A DNA stretch of 64,000 bases from Aquaticitalea sp. (GTDB lineage Bacteria; Bacteroidota; Bacteroidia; Flavobacteriales; Flavobacteriaceae): positions 374,145-438,144 of the forward strand of contig JBPOFM010000001.1 of NCBI GenBank assembly GCA_051252455.1. The letters are read 5' to 3'. The notes below the pieces were generated by a model, which was given only the letters and a program-made list of their open reading frames with translations, searched no databases and was not told where the DNA came from. A program made the translations under genes and the position numbers. Positions 18,742-29,878 of this stretch are shown piece after piece. Position 1 is the first letter of the stretch; the number at the start of each line of letters is the position of its first letter.

Positions 18742-20589
18742 ATGTGTGGAATCGTTGGCTATATTGGCCACAGGGAGGCATATCCCATCATTTTAAAAGG
18801 CTTAAAACGTCTAGAGTACAGAGGTTATGACAGTGCTGGTATTGCTTTATATGACGGATGTGATATTAAACTATCTAAAACCAAAGGTAAAGTAATAGAT
18901 CTCGAAGAAAAGTTTGAAAGAGAGGTCTCAACGAAAGGCACATTGGGTATAGGTCATACAAGGTGGGCAACTCACGGCGTACCAAATGATGTTAATTCCC
19001 ACCCTCATTTTTCGAATTCTGAAGATTTAGTGATCATACACAATGGGATCATTGAAAATTATGACAGCTTAAAAACGGAGCTCAAAAAGAGGGGTTATAT
19101 ATTCAAATCGGACACCGATACAGAAGTCTTAATCAATTTGATTGAAGACGTTATGAAAAGTGATAATTTAAAACTTGGAAAAGCCGTCCAAATCGCGCTT
19201 AATCAAGTCGTAGGAGCATATGCCATAGCTGTATTCGACAAGAACAAACCCAATGAAATTGTCGTTGCAAAATTGGGTAGCCCGTTAGCTATCGGAGTAG
19301 GTGATGATGAATTTTTCATTGCGAGTGATGCATCTCCCTTTATAGAATATACTAAAAATGCCATTTATCTAGAAGATGAAGAAATGGCGATCATCAGAAG
19401 AGGAAAGGATCTGAAGATCCGAAAAATAAAAGATGACTCACTTGTAGATCCATACATACAAGAACTTCAAATAAATCTTGAGCAAATTGAAAAAGGCGGT
19501 TACGATCACTTTATGCTTAAGGAAATTTATGAACAACCGAGCGCCATAAGAGACACGTATAGAGGTCGAATGTTGGTCAATGAAGGCATCATTAAGTTAG
19601 CTGGCATTGAAGATAACATGAAGAAATTCCTCAACGCCGATCGCATTATCATCGTGGCTTGTGGAACTTCATGGCATGCTGGATTGGTTGCAGAGTACAT
19701 TTTTGAAGACCTTGCCAGAATTCCAGTTGAGGTAGAATATGCCTCTGAATTTCGGTATAGAAATCCCGTCATTACGGAAAAAGATGTCGTAATTTCCATT
19801 TCACAATCCGGAGAAACAGCAGATACGTTGGCCGCTATTAAGTTGGCAAAATCAAAAGGCGCTTTCGTATTTGGTGTTTGTAATGTGGTGGGATCGTCTA
19901 TCGCTAGAGAAACCAATGCAGGAGCTTACACACATGCTGGCCCCGAAATTGGCGTCGCATCCACCAAAGCATTTACAACACAAATAACCATTTTAACCTT
20001 GATGGCTTTGCGTTTGGCTAGAGCAAAAGGCACAATATCTAGTTCAGATTTCCGCTTACATTTATTGGAATTGGAAATGATTCCAGAGAAAGTTAAAAAG
20101 GCACTAGAATCTGAAGAGCATATTAAGAAAATCGCCAGTATTTATAAAGATGCCCGCAACTTTTTGTATTTAGGTAGAGGCTATAATTTCCCAGTTGCTT
20201 TGGAAGGAGCTTTAAAGCTTAAAGAAATCTCCTATATCCACGCAGAAGGATATCCGGCTGCCGAAATGAAGCACGGACCAATTGCATTAATTGATGAAAA
20301 TATGCCGATTGTGGTCATTGCGACGAAAAAAGGACATTATGAAAAAGTTGTCAGCAATATACAAGAAATCAAATCCCGTAAAGGTAAAATTATTGGTATA
20401 GTGACTGAAGGTGATGTAAGCGTAAGAGAATTGGCAGATCATGTTATCGAAGTTCCAGAAAGTATGGAGGCGTTATCACCATTACTCACAACGATACCTT
20501 TACAGCTGTTGTCCTATCACATTGCAGTGATGTTAGGAAAGAATGTGGATCAGCCGCGTAACTTGGCCAAATCAGTAACAGTCGAATAG
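18742..20589 (+). CDS. glmS: Glutamine--fructose-6-phosphate aminotransferase (isomerizing)
   Basis: Starts MCGIVGY (Ntn Cys2), followed by two SIS domains, with the C-terminal '…VDQPRNLAKSVTVE' typical of GlmS. Confidence 0.95.
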   Translation: MCGIVGYIGHREAYPIILKGLKRLEYRGYDSAGIALYDGCDIKLSKTKGKVIDLEEKFEREVSTKGTLGIGHTRWATHGVPNDVNSHPHFSNSEDLVIIHNGIIENYDSLKTELKKRGYIFKSDTDTEVLINLIEDVMKSDNLKLGKAVQIALNQVVGAYAIAVFDKNKPNEIVVAKLGSPLAIGVGDDEFFIASDASPFIEYTKNAIYLEDEEMAIIRRGKDLKIRKIKDDSLVDPYIQELQINLEQIEKGGYDHFMLKEIYEQPSAIRDTYRGRMLVNEGIIKLAGIEDNMKKFLNADRIIIVACGTSWHAGLVAEYIFEDLARIPVEVEYASEFRYRNPVITEKDVVISISQSGETADTLAAIKLAKSKGAFVFGVCNVVGSSIARETNAGAYTHAGPEIGVASTKAFTTQITILTLMALRLARAKGTISSSDFRLHLLELEMIPEKVKKALESEEHIKKIASIYKDARNFLYLGRGYNFPVALEGALKLKEISYIHAEGYPAAEMKHGPIALIDENMPIVVIATKKGHYEKVVSNIQEIKSRKGKIIGIVTEGDVSVRELADHVIEVPESMEALSPLLTTIPLQLLSYHIAVMLGKNVDQPRNLAKSVTVE

Positions 20590-20613
20590 TTCTCTATACA
20601 AGGACAAATCATA

Positions 20614-20648
20614 ACTAACACACAAAAAGCTCTCCTAATATGAGAGCT
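20614..20648 (+). terminator. Rho-independent terminator downstream of glmS
   Basis: aaagctctc-CTAATAT-gagagcttt stem-loop followed by a T9 run. Confidence 0.6.
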
Positions 20649-20793
20649 TTTTTTTTAATAAATTACGAATTATGTAATATATCTTCATTTTATTATCAAT
20701 ATTTACTATGCACGCATAATTTTTTGCGATATTTTGTTAATAGTATCATAATATTATTTATATTGCCCTACTAAATTTAACTAATTCCCGAAG

Positions 20794-23565
20794 ATGAAAA
20801 CATTATTTAAGATTATGATGCTGTTTTGTTGCGCTACAACGTTTGCGCAGACAACAGTAAAAGGTACGGTCACCGACAACAGTGGACAGCCCTTACCAGG
20901 CGCTAATGTCATTATTGATGGCACCACAACTGGTACCATCTCTGATTTTGACGGTAACTACACGTTGACGTACAATCAATCTCCACCATTCGCAATCACC
21001 GTGAGTAGTGTTGGATTTGAGTCTCAAACCCAGGAAGTCACATCAAACCCTCAAACATTGGATTTTACACTTGTGGAAGGGACATCTTTGGATGAAGTTG
21101 TTATTTCTGCTTCCAGAACACCCGAGCGCGTTTTTGAATCGCCTGTGACTGTGGAGCGTTTTGGTATTAAAGAAATAAAAAACACCTCTGCACCGTCGTT
21201 TTTTGATGGTATAGAAAATTTAAAAGGTGTTGATTTAAACACCAACAGTTTAACCTTCAAATCTGTAAACACAAGAGGTTTTGCCACATTTGCAAATAAC
21301 AGGTTTATGCAATTGGTTGATGGTATGGATAACTCGTCACCAGCCTTAAACTTTGCTTTAGGTAATCTATTGGGCATGTCTGAATTGGATGTTAATTCTG
21401 TGGAGTTATTACCTGGTGCATCTTCGGCACTATATGGAGCAAATGCTTTTAATGGTATTATGTTTATGACCAGTAAAAACCCATTCGATCATCGGGGAAT
21501 TAGCGCTTATGCTAAAACAGGCATCACTTCTAGCGAGAATGCTGGAGACAACAATTTTTATGATGTCGGAATTAGAGTTGCAGAAGCATTTTCTGATAAA
21601 TTTGCAGCAAAAGCTTCCGTATCTTTATTAAACGGAACGGAATGGTTTGCTACGGATTATACAGATTATAACAATCCTGGACTTACCAGAACTGATCCTA
21701 ACTATGATGGTTTAAATATCTATGGCGATGAAGTGTCCACACGATTGGATTTTGATGCGCTTGCAGCAGGTGCTTTGCCTATTCCTGTTTTAACAAATTA
21801 TGGTGCTTCAACTATCAGCAGAACAGGTTATGAAGAACGTGATTTGATGGATTATAGCGCAGAAAGCTTAAAAGCTGATTTTGCTCTTCATTTTAGACCT
21901 TGGGCAAATGATTTTGAGATTATATTAAATTCCAAATTTGGTAGAGGAAACACGATTTATCAAGGTGCCAATAGGTATTCCATCACTGACTTCTTTATGC
22001 AACAGCATAAATTAGAAATTAAGAACAAAAACTTTTTTGCAAGAGTCTATACCACTGCTGAAAAAGCTGGAAACTCTTATGATACTAGATTTACAGCCAT
22101 AAATGTAAACCGTGCTTGGAAAGGCGATACACAATGGTTTACAGAGTATGCTCAAAACTTTATTGGTTTTCTTGCTGGGCAAGGAATATTTGACAATCCT
22201 ACATCGACAGACCTGGCCGCTGCTCACGCTGCAGCAAGGTCAGCAGCGGACACTGGAAGACTTATTCCAGGGACAGAAGCATTTAATAATGCTTTAGAAA
22301 CCATTACTGCTGACGGCGATTTACAAACAGGTTCCAAATTTACGGACAATTCTAAAATCTATCATGCTGACGCTAATTACAATCTAGCACATCTAATTGA
22401 TTTTGCAGATATCATGGTAGGTGGATCTTTCAGACAATATTCACTAAACTCTGAAGGGACAATTTATACGGATAATGACGGCCCGATTCGATACAACGAG
22501 TATGGTGCCTATACGCAAATTCAAAAAAAATTGATCGATGACAGATTAAAACTTACAGGTTCAGTAAGATATGATAAATCTGAATTTTTTGATGGCTTTG
22601 TTTCACCAAGAGTAAGTTTTAACTATACGGCCGATCAAAACGATAATCATAATGTTCGTGGTTCATTCCAAACAGGATTTAGAAACCCAACAACTCAAGA
22701 TTTATTTATCGGTTTAAATGCAGGACGTGCTATTTTAGTAGGGTCTGCTCCAGACAACCTAACCCGTTATACAGCGACAAGTTCTCAATTAAGTACCGCG
22801 GGTCAAGTGATTGCAGGTGGAACTACAGTTCAACTAGATGGTGGTGATGCTTACAATAATGCATTTAGTTTGGCATCCGTAAATGCAGGAGCACCAACAG
22901 CTGCTAACGTAGAATTGGTAAAGCCAGAAAAAGTCACAGCTTACGAAGTTGGATACAGGGGTAAAATTCAGAAGTTCATTGTTGATTTAAGTGGATATTA
23001 CAATACTTATGAAGATTTTATTTCGAACAGAACAGTGTTGACACCACTTTATGGTACTGTAGGAGATAACGCCTTGTCACTTTTAGCACTTCAAAATGGG
23101 GATTTTCAAGCTTACCAAACGTATACTAATTCCAATGCTAAAATCAGCTCTTATGGCGCATCTATAGGTGTGGATACAAAAATATTTAATGGATTTGATA
23201 TCGGATTAAGCTATACTTATGCAAAACTAGATTATGACGAAACGCAAGATCCTGATTTTGAAACTAACTTTAACACACCAGAACATAAGGTAAAAGCATC
23301 ATTTGGTAAAACAGAATTGTTTAAAAATTTTGGATTTAATGTAAACTGGAGATGGAATGACACTTATTTATGGGAATCAACTTTTGCAGATGGAATCTTG
23401 CCTGCAAAAAACATCATAGATGCTCAAATAAACTATACTGTTAAATCTATAAAATCAACGTTCAAGATTGGAGGTGCTAATATATTAGCCCATGATTATG
23501 TTAGTGCGCCAGGTTCTGGAGCAGTGGGCGCTCAATACTTTGTATCTTGGACTATAAATCAATAA
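20794..23565 (+). CDS. TonB-dependent outer-membrane receptor with N-terminal carboxypeptidase-regulatory-like domain
   Basis: Signal peptide. CarbopepD_reg-like segment (TVKGTVTDNSGQPLPGANVII…GNYTL), plug region (DEVVISASRTPERVFESPVTVERF) and a C-terminal aromatic-rich barrel end (…YFVSWTINQ). Confidence 0.85.
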   Translation: MKTLFKIMMLFCCATTFAQTTVKGTVTDNSGQPLPGANVIIDGTTTGTISDFDGNYTLTYNQSPPFAITVSSVGFESQTQEVTSNPQTLDFTLVEGTSLDEVVISASRTPERVFESPVTVERFGIKEIKNTSAPSFFDGIENLKGVDLNTNSLTFKSVNTRGFATFANNRFMQLVDGMDNSSPALNFALGNLLGMSELDVNSVELLPGASSALYGANAFNGIMFMTSKNPFDHRGISAYAKTGITSSENAGDNNFYDVGIRVAEAFSDKFAAKASVSLLNGTEWFATDYTDYNNPGLTRTDPNYDGLNIYGDEVSTRLDFDALAAGALPIPVLTNYGASTISRTGYEERDLMDYSAESLKADFALHFRPWANDFEIILNSKFGRGNTIYQGANRYSITDFFMQQHKLEIKNKNFFARVYTTAEKAGNSYDTRFTAINVNRAWKGDTQWFTEYAQNFIGFLAGQGIFDNPTSTDLAAAHAAARSAADTGRLIPGTEAFNNALETITADGDLQTGSKFTDNSKIYHADANYNLAHLIDFADIMVGGSFRQYSLNSEGTIYTDNDGPIRYNEYGAYTQIQKKLIDDRLKLTGSVRYDKSEFFDGFVSPRVSFNYTADQNDNHNVRGSFQTGFRNPTTQDLFIGLNAGRAILVGSAPDNLTRYTATSSQLSTAGQVIAGGTTVQLDGGDAYNNAFSLASVNAGAPTAANVELVKPEKVTAYEVGYRGKIQKFIVDLSGYYNTYEDFISNRTVLTPLYGTVGDNALSLLALQNGDFQAYQTYTNSNAKISSYGASIGVDTKIFNGFDIGLSYTYAKLDYDETQDPDFETNFNTPEHKVKASFGKTELFKNFGFNVNWRWNDTYLWESTFADGILPAKNIIDAQINYTVKSIKSTFKIGGANILAHDYVSAPGSGAVGAQYFVSWTINQ

Positions 23566-23576
23566 AAAATATAACT

Positions 23577-25151
23577 ATGAAAATAAATAATATTTGGCTT
23601 TTAGCCATCCTTTTAATAGGGTTTACATCATGTGAAAGTGAGGATGACACGCTTGCAGATCCATTAGTGCAAGATCCAGTTACTGCTGGCCCATCTCCGG
23701 TTTATACTAGTGGAACAGCAGATTTTAGCACATTTGTGGCTATCGGAAACTCATTGACTGCAGGTTATTCTGATGGTAGTTTATTTGTGCGAGGGCAAGA
23801 AGCCTCTTTTCCAAACATACTATCACAGCGATTTGCCTTGGCTGGTGGCGGTGAATTTACACAACCATTAATGGATGATAATGTGGGTGGTTTTTTATTA
23901 AATGGAAATCCAGTAATCAACCCTACAACGGGAGCGAATTCATTTCCTCCGAGGTTGATTTTTAATACTTCAACTCAATCACCAGTACCTGTAACCGGTA
24001 GTTCAACTACAGAGATTACGAATATTAATCCAGGACCCTATAATAATATGGGAGTACCAGGTGCCAAAAGTTTTCATTTATTAGCTCCAGGATATGGAAA
24101 TATCGCAAATTTCCCTAATGCAAATCCATATTTCATAAGAATGGCATCTACTCCCAATGCAACAGTTTTGGAGGATGCTTTGGCTTTAAATCCAACGTTC
24201 TTTTCTTTGTGGATTGGAAATAATGATGTGTTAGGTTATGCAACAACTGGTGGTGACGGAACGAACCCTATCACTGACACCGCCACTTTCAATGGTGCCA
24301 TGGGTTCAATAGTAAGTCAATTGGCTGCTGGCAATAGAAAAGGTATCATAAGCAATATTCCTAACGTGACTGATGCACCCTATTTCACTACAGTGCCATT
24401 TGCTCCTTTGAGTCCAGCAAATCCTGATTTTGCACCGCAAATCCCAGTTTTGAATGCTACTTTTGCTCCATTAAATCAAGCGTTTGCTTTTTTAGGAATG
24501 CCTGAACGTCAGATTATCTTTTCCGAAACAGCGGCAAGTCCTGTAGTAATTTTTGATGAAACATTACCTAATATTTCGGTACAATTAAATGCAGTATTGC
24601 AAGGTGGAGGTGTGGATCCTCTGACTGCTGGTTTATTAGCAAATCAATTTGCGCAATCTAGACAAGCTACATCTGCCGACTTGTTGGTATTACCAGTATC
24701 TTCAGTAATTGCGACTGTAAATACAGAGTATTATACACAATTAGTAACGGCCGGTGTTCCTGCAGCTACTGCTGGTCAGTTGTCGGTTAACGGAGTCACC
24801 TATCCTTTAAGAGATAAATGGGTGGTTTTACCCTCGGAACAGACTGAAATAGCAAATGCAACAGCGACATTTAACCAAACAATAAGCAGTCTAGCTACAC
24901 AATATGATTTGGCATTATTTGACGTGAACACTTTCTTTAATGGCGTTGCAACAAGTGGCTTTCAATCTGGAAGTGCTTTTTTAACAGCAGCTTATGTTAC
25001 AGGCGGTACATTTTCTTTAGATGGTGTTCATCCATCACCTAGAGGTTACGCGGTAATTACAAATCAAATGATCGGAATTATCAATGCGAAATATGGTTCG
25101 AATTTACCTACAGTTGACGCTGTTGATTATACTGGACTCTATATAAATTAA
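23577..25151 (+). CDS. SGNH/GDSL-like hydrolase-family lipoprotein
   Basis: Lipobox (…GFTSC-ESE). Block-I-like 'VAIGNSLTAGY'. A long Thr/Ala/Pro/Asn-rich sequence. It starts 12 nt after the receptor, so is probably co-transcribed. The ORF-track start at 23547 overlaps the upstream gene, so the Met at 23577 was chosen. Confidence 0.5.
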   Translation: MKINNIWLLAILLIGFTSCESEDDTLADPLVQDPVTAGPSPVYTSGTADFSTFVAIGNSLTAGYSDGSLFVRGQEASFPNILSQRFALAGGGEFTQPLMDDNVGGFLLNGNPVINPTTGANSFPPRLIFNTSTQSPVPVTGSSTTEITNINPGPYNNMGVPGAKSFHLLAPGYGNIANFPNANPYFIRMASTPNATVLEDALALNPTFFSLWIGNNDVLGYATTGGDGTNPITDTATFNGAMGSIVSQLAAGNRKGIISNIPNVTDAPYFTTVPFAPLSPANPDFAPQIPVLNATFAPLNQAFAFLGMPERQIIFSETAASPVVIFDETLPNISVQLNAVLQGGGVDPLTAGLLANQFAQSRQATSADLLVLPVSSVIATVNTEYYTQLVTAGVPAATAGQLSVNGVTYPLRDKWVVLPSEQTEIANATATFNQTISSLATQYDLALFDVNTFFNGVATSGFQSGSAFLTAAYVTGGTFSLDGVHPSPRGYAVITNQMIGIINAKYGSNLPTVDAVDYTGLYIN

Positions 25152-25173
25152 AAATCGCAATAAATATTAAAAT

Positions 25174-25211
25174 GCACCTTCATTCTGAACACCAGAATGA
25201 GGGTGTTTTTT
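25174..25211 (+). terminator. Rho-independent terminator downstream of the SGNH lipoprotein gene
   Basis: caccttcattctg-AACAC-cagaatgagggtg stem (one G·U pair) followed by T7. Confidence 0.6.
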
Positions 25212-25259
25212 TATGTCCAAAAAACAAAAAAATAGCCATTAATTTTAAATTAAAAAATA

Positions 25260-25267
25260 TATCTTTG
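25260..25267 (+). promoter_or_regulatory. Candidate Bacteroidetes -7 promoter box (TAnnTTTG) for atpD
   Basis: 'TATCTTTG' lies ~85 nt upstream of the atpD start codon. No clean -33 TTTG was seen, so this is tentative. Confidence 0.3.
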
Positions 25268-25348
25268 CAGCGCGAAAAACGGAGTACTCGATTAGATTGA
25301 GTAAGAGCGCTTTTCATATTAATATTCAATTCAACATTAAACAGATAA

Positions 25349-26860
<1,512 letters not shown>

Positions 26861-26863
26861 ATT

Positions 26864-26930
26864 AGATGTGAGATGTGAGACATGAGATATTAGACTTTTA
26901 TCTCATGTCTCACATCTCATGTCTCAATAC
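26864..26930 (+). promoter_or_regulatory. Near-perfect ~24-bp inverted repeat (stem-loop) in the atpD–atpC spacer
   Basis: Left arm agatgtgagatgtgagacatgagata, loop ttagactttta, right arm tatctcatgtctcacatctcatgtct. 21 contiguous complementary bp plus more. The arms are built from GATGTGA-like heptads. No 3' U-run on the + strand. Confidence 0.5.
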
Positions 26931-26938
26931 TAAAAAAG

Positions 26939-27214
26939 ATGTATTTAGAGATCGTATCACCAGAAGCTTCATTGGTAAGCGGAGAAGTAGAAAGTGTAAC
27001 TGTACCAGGTGTTGATGGAGAATTCCAGATGTTGAACAATCACGCCCCTATTGTATCGTTATTAACTCAAGGCAAAGTAAAATTTAAAGGCAATGCGACA
27101 ATTGCTGATGGTCATGAGTCTAAATTCACACAGGAAGAGGGAAAATGGGTCTTAACAATCAACAGTGGTACTTTGGAAATGAAAGACAATAAAGTAATTG
27201 TATTGGTTGACTGA
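26939..27214 (+). CDS. atpC: F0F1 ATP synthase subunit epsilon (short Bacteroidetes form)
   Basis: 91 aa. The N-terminal beta-sandwich motif 'LEIVSPE…G.V…V.PG.DGEF..L..H' is typical of epsilon. It follows atpD directly. Confidence 0.8.
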   Translation: MYLEIVSPEASLVSGEVESVTVPGVDGEFQMLNNHAPIVSLLTQGKVKFKGNATIADGHESKFTQEEGKWVLTINSGTLEMKDNKVIVLVD

Positions 27215-27234
27215 TTCCTTCAACTTTAGAAATA

Positions 27235-27270
27235 TAAAAAACGTCATGCCCAACAGCATGACGTTTTTAC
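27235..27270. terminator. Bidirectional rho-independent terminator between atpC (+) and the M61 peptidase gene (-)
   Basis: A6-acgtcatgc-CCAACA-gcatgacgt-T5. The A-run and T-run flanking the stem allow termination in both directions. Confidence 0.65.
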
Positions 27271-27275
27271 TTTTT

Positions 27276-29060
27276 CTATAATTTAGAATCCAACCAATCG
27301 GCACGATTCTTTTCCATTTGATCCGTTAATTCTTTCGAATCTGAACCCATCATATAAATTTCATAAGTTGCTTGTGTTTCAATTGGAAGCATGGTTTCCT
27401 TACGAACACCAAATCGTTCAAAAACAACTGGAATGGTATCTCCAACTTTAAAATTATTTAATATTGAACTGAAGTTTTCATTCCCTTCCAAAAAAATCAG
27501 ACCAGCACGAATCAACTTATCTCCTTCTTGAAATCCTGCTTTGTACGATGCCGAACCAACTTTCGGATTGCTCATTATTTTCTGATTTCTTACGGAAGCT
27601 CCAAATGTGATTTCATCAGTCGTTTTTAAAATCACACCTACTTGATGAAACAAACGTTCGAAGTCTGGCATTTGACTTTTATGGATGTAATTATTAAAAA
27701 ATGCATCGCCAAATTCCTTTCCTGCATATGCATTCAATGTGTTCTGCAAGTCTTCTATGCTGTAGAATTTTTGTTGTTTTCCAAACTCTTTCCACATCAA
27801 TTTCATAAAATCATCGAGATTGAGGTCTTTTTCCCTTAACGACAAATCCAAAGCCAATCCCAACATTTCCCCATAACTGTAATAAGATATGAAGGTGTTT
27901 TCAAAGTTTGTTTCATCAATAGATTTGGCGGCATCATTAAATGGCGCCAGATAACTCATCTCAATTGGGTTAAAAAATTGCCGACCTGGAGCTGTCCAAA
28001 CATAGTTGAAGCCTCTTGTCATGTCCTTAAAATAATAATCTTGACTCCAAATACCTGTTCGACATTGCGAAAGCGCATCATAATAATTGGTAAAACCTTC
28101 AGCAAACCAAAGTCCGCCGCTCATATTGGCACGTTGAAAATCGAAAGGTTCGATGTCTTTCGGACGGATGCGTTCGACATTCCAGCAATGGAAAAACTCG
28201 TGCGCCAATGTTCCGATATTTTGCTCGATGCCGCCAAAAGACAAACTCCTTGTACTTGGAATCATTGTCGAATTACGATGTTCCATCCCATCTCCTGTCG
28301 CATTTGGCATATAACAGGCCAAAAATGTATAATCACCATAATCGAAAGTCGGTAATTCTCCAAAGATTTTTTCCTGTTCCAAAACCACTTTTTTAGTGCT
28401 TTCAAAATAGCGGTCTAAAGCTTCATCAGATGCGGCATCGTCGTGCAGAACCAAATTGATGGTCTGGTCATTCACTTTAAAAGAACGCTTTCTAAAATTT
28501 GCAATTTCTACAGGACTGTCCATAAAGTATTGCAAGTCTTTGGCATAATAAGTATTTCCAGATTGATGTTTTAATTGGGTGGCGATCTTCCAGCTCAAAT
28601 CTTCTCTTACATTGAACGTCACTTCCATTTCTTGGTCAGCCAATTCCGGAACGTACATAAATGTTGCTGGCATGTTGAGATGGGCATGGGTTTCATCAAC
28701 TTGCGCATACGTTCCATCGCCATGATTTGCAAATAGAGAATAGGTAACGATGATCGTCCCATCATGCCCTTTGACGTTCCAAGCGTAAGGATTTTGTCGT
28801 GTTGTGTTTAATTTTTTCCCTTTGCCATCCGTTACTTTTACGCTGTAGACATTCTTCACAAACTCATGCAAGGCATAACGGCCAGGGGAAGATCGCGCCA
28901 TCGTAAATTCAACTTCATCCGCTTTAAGATTGGAAAAGGTAGCGTGAATGTTTGCTTCGTGATGCACAGCATTTTCGAATGAAATTGTATATTTTGAAGA
29001 TATTTGTGCTTGACTTACTGAAAGTGAAAACAAGATAAGTAAACTTATAAAACGACTCAT
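27276..29060 (-). CDS. M61-family metallopeptidase (glycyl aminopeptidase-like) with C-terminal PDZ-like domain
   Basis: Signal peptide. HEXXH zinc motif in 'LAHEFFHCWNVERIRP', characteristic of M61. 594 aa. The C-terminal ~90 aa look PDZ-like (…GDKLI…). Confidence 0.8.
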   Translation of the reverse strand: MSRFISLLILFSLSVSQAQISSKYTISFENAVHHEANIHATFSNLKADEVEFTMARSSPGRYALHEFVKNVYSVKVTDGKGKKLNTTRQNPYAWNVKGHDGTIIVTYSLFANHGDGTYAQVDETHAHLNMPATFMYVPELADQEMEVTFNVREDLSWKIATQLKHQSGNTYYAKDLQYFMDSPVEIANFRKRSFKVNDQTINLVLHDDAASDEALDRYFESTKKVVLEQEKIFGELPTFDYGDYTFLACYMPNATGDGMEHRNSTMIPSTRSLSFGGIEQNIGTLAHEFFHCWNVERIRPKDIEPFDFQRANMSGGLWFAEGFTNYYDALSQCRTGIWSQDYYFKDMTRGFNYVWTAPGRQFFNPIEMSYLAPFNDAAKSIDETNFENTFISYYSYGEMLGLALDLSLREKDLNLDDFMKLMWKEFGKQQKFYSIEDLQNTLNAYAGKEFGDAFFNNYIHKSQMPDFERLFHQVGVILKTTDEITFGASVRNQKIMSNPKVGSASYKAGFQEGDKLIRAGLIFLEGNENFSSILNNFKVGDTIPVVFERFGVRKETMLPIETQATYEIYMMGSDSKELTDQMEKNRADWLDSKL

Positions 29061-29102
29061 GAATGGATATTTTTAATCTCAAATATACAATTTACCCCGT
29101 TT

Positions 29103-29309
29103 TTAATCTTTAATATATTCCAAAATATCTGCTGGTTGGCAATCTAATGCTTCGCAAATAGCCTCTAGAGTTGAAAACCGAATCGCCCGTGCTTTTCCCG
29201 TTTTAAGAATGGATAGATTTGCGGTCGTGATTCCGATGATATCAGCAAGTTCAATGCTTTTCATTCCTCGTTTTTCGAGCATTATATCAAGATTTATTGT
29301 AATGGACAT
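29103..29309 (-). CDS. Small XRE/Cro-type helix-turn-helix transcriptional regulator (YozG-like)
   Basis: 68 aa: '…MLEKRGMKSIELADIIGITTANLSILKTGKARAIRFSTLEAICEALDCQPADIL…', matching the HTH_26/YozG pattern. Confidence 0.75.
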   Translation of the reverse strand: MSITINLDIMLEKRGMKSIELADIIGITTANLSILKTGKARAIRFSTLEAICEALDCQPADILEYIKD

Positions 29310-29311
29310 CT

Positions 29312-29830
29312 TTAGATTGTTAATTCGCTATCCTCCTTAAAATTCTTTGCATTCAATATTACTTCACTTTGAATGATAAAAAACAGTCCTATCATGATCA
29401 TAAATAGTGAAAGCGTAACATCAGAATCATATAGTGAAATACGGCTTATTGTAAGCTTCACAATCCACAATGCAATAAATACAACAAAACTAAAAATACC
29501 AGTTGCAACAAAATAACGACCGCATTTTTTTAAATGTTTCACAACTACTAAATCAAAATATTTATTGGATAATAAATGTCTCGCTACCTTTCTCAAGTGA
29601 AAAAGCCCCATTACAAAAATCACATAACCGATGACACCTATCAAGAGAATCACCCAAGAAATCCATGTCCATTCGGTTACTGGAATATCTACCATGTTTA
29701 TTCGTGCAACTCCCAAGGGCATCACAAAAAAGAGACCGATGATTCCGATGGCCTGAAAAATAAATAAGATATCCACCAAGGTTTTAAAGAGTATGTTCCG
29801 TTTCATATAATTATCGTTTATCAATAACAA
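29312..29830 (-). CDS. DUF2975-family membrane protein (partner of the small HTH regulator)
   Basis: Four predicted TM helices. It lies 2 nt upstream of the HTH gene in the canonical DUF2975 + HTH-XRE pair arrangement. An alternative start is the internal Met at 29806. Confidence 0.6.
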   Translation of the reverse strand: MLLINDNYMKRNILFKTLVDILFIFQAIGIIGLFFVMPLGVARINMVDIPVTEWTWISWVILLIGVIGYVIFVMGLFHLRKVARHLLSNKYFDLVVVKHLKKCGRYFVATGIFSFVVFIALWIVKLTISRISLYDSDVTLSLFMIMIGLFFIIQSEVILNAKNFKEDSELTI

Positions 29831-29878
29831 ATATATAAAAATTATCGAAAAACAATAATATTTTGAAATTTTTTTGAA

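Noticed and set aside
23547-23576. Upstream start for the SGNH lipoprotein overlapping the receptor gene by 19 nt
   Set aside because: The Met at 23577 gives a proper lipoprotein signal peptide (MKINNIWLLAILLIGFTSC). The longer N-terminus has no function and overlaps the receptor's C-terminal barrel strand.
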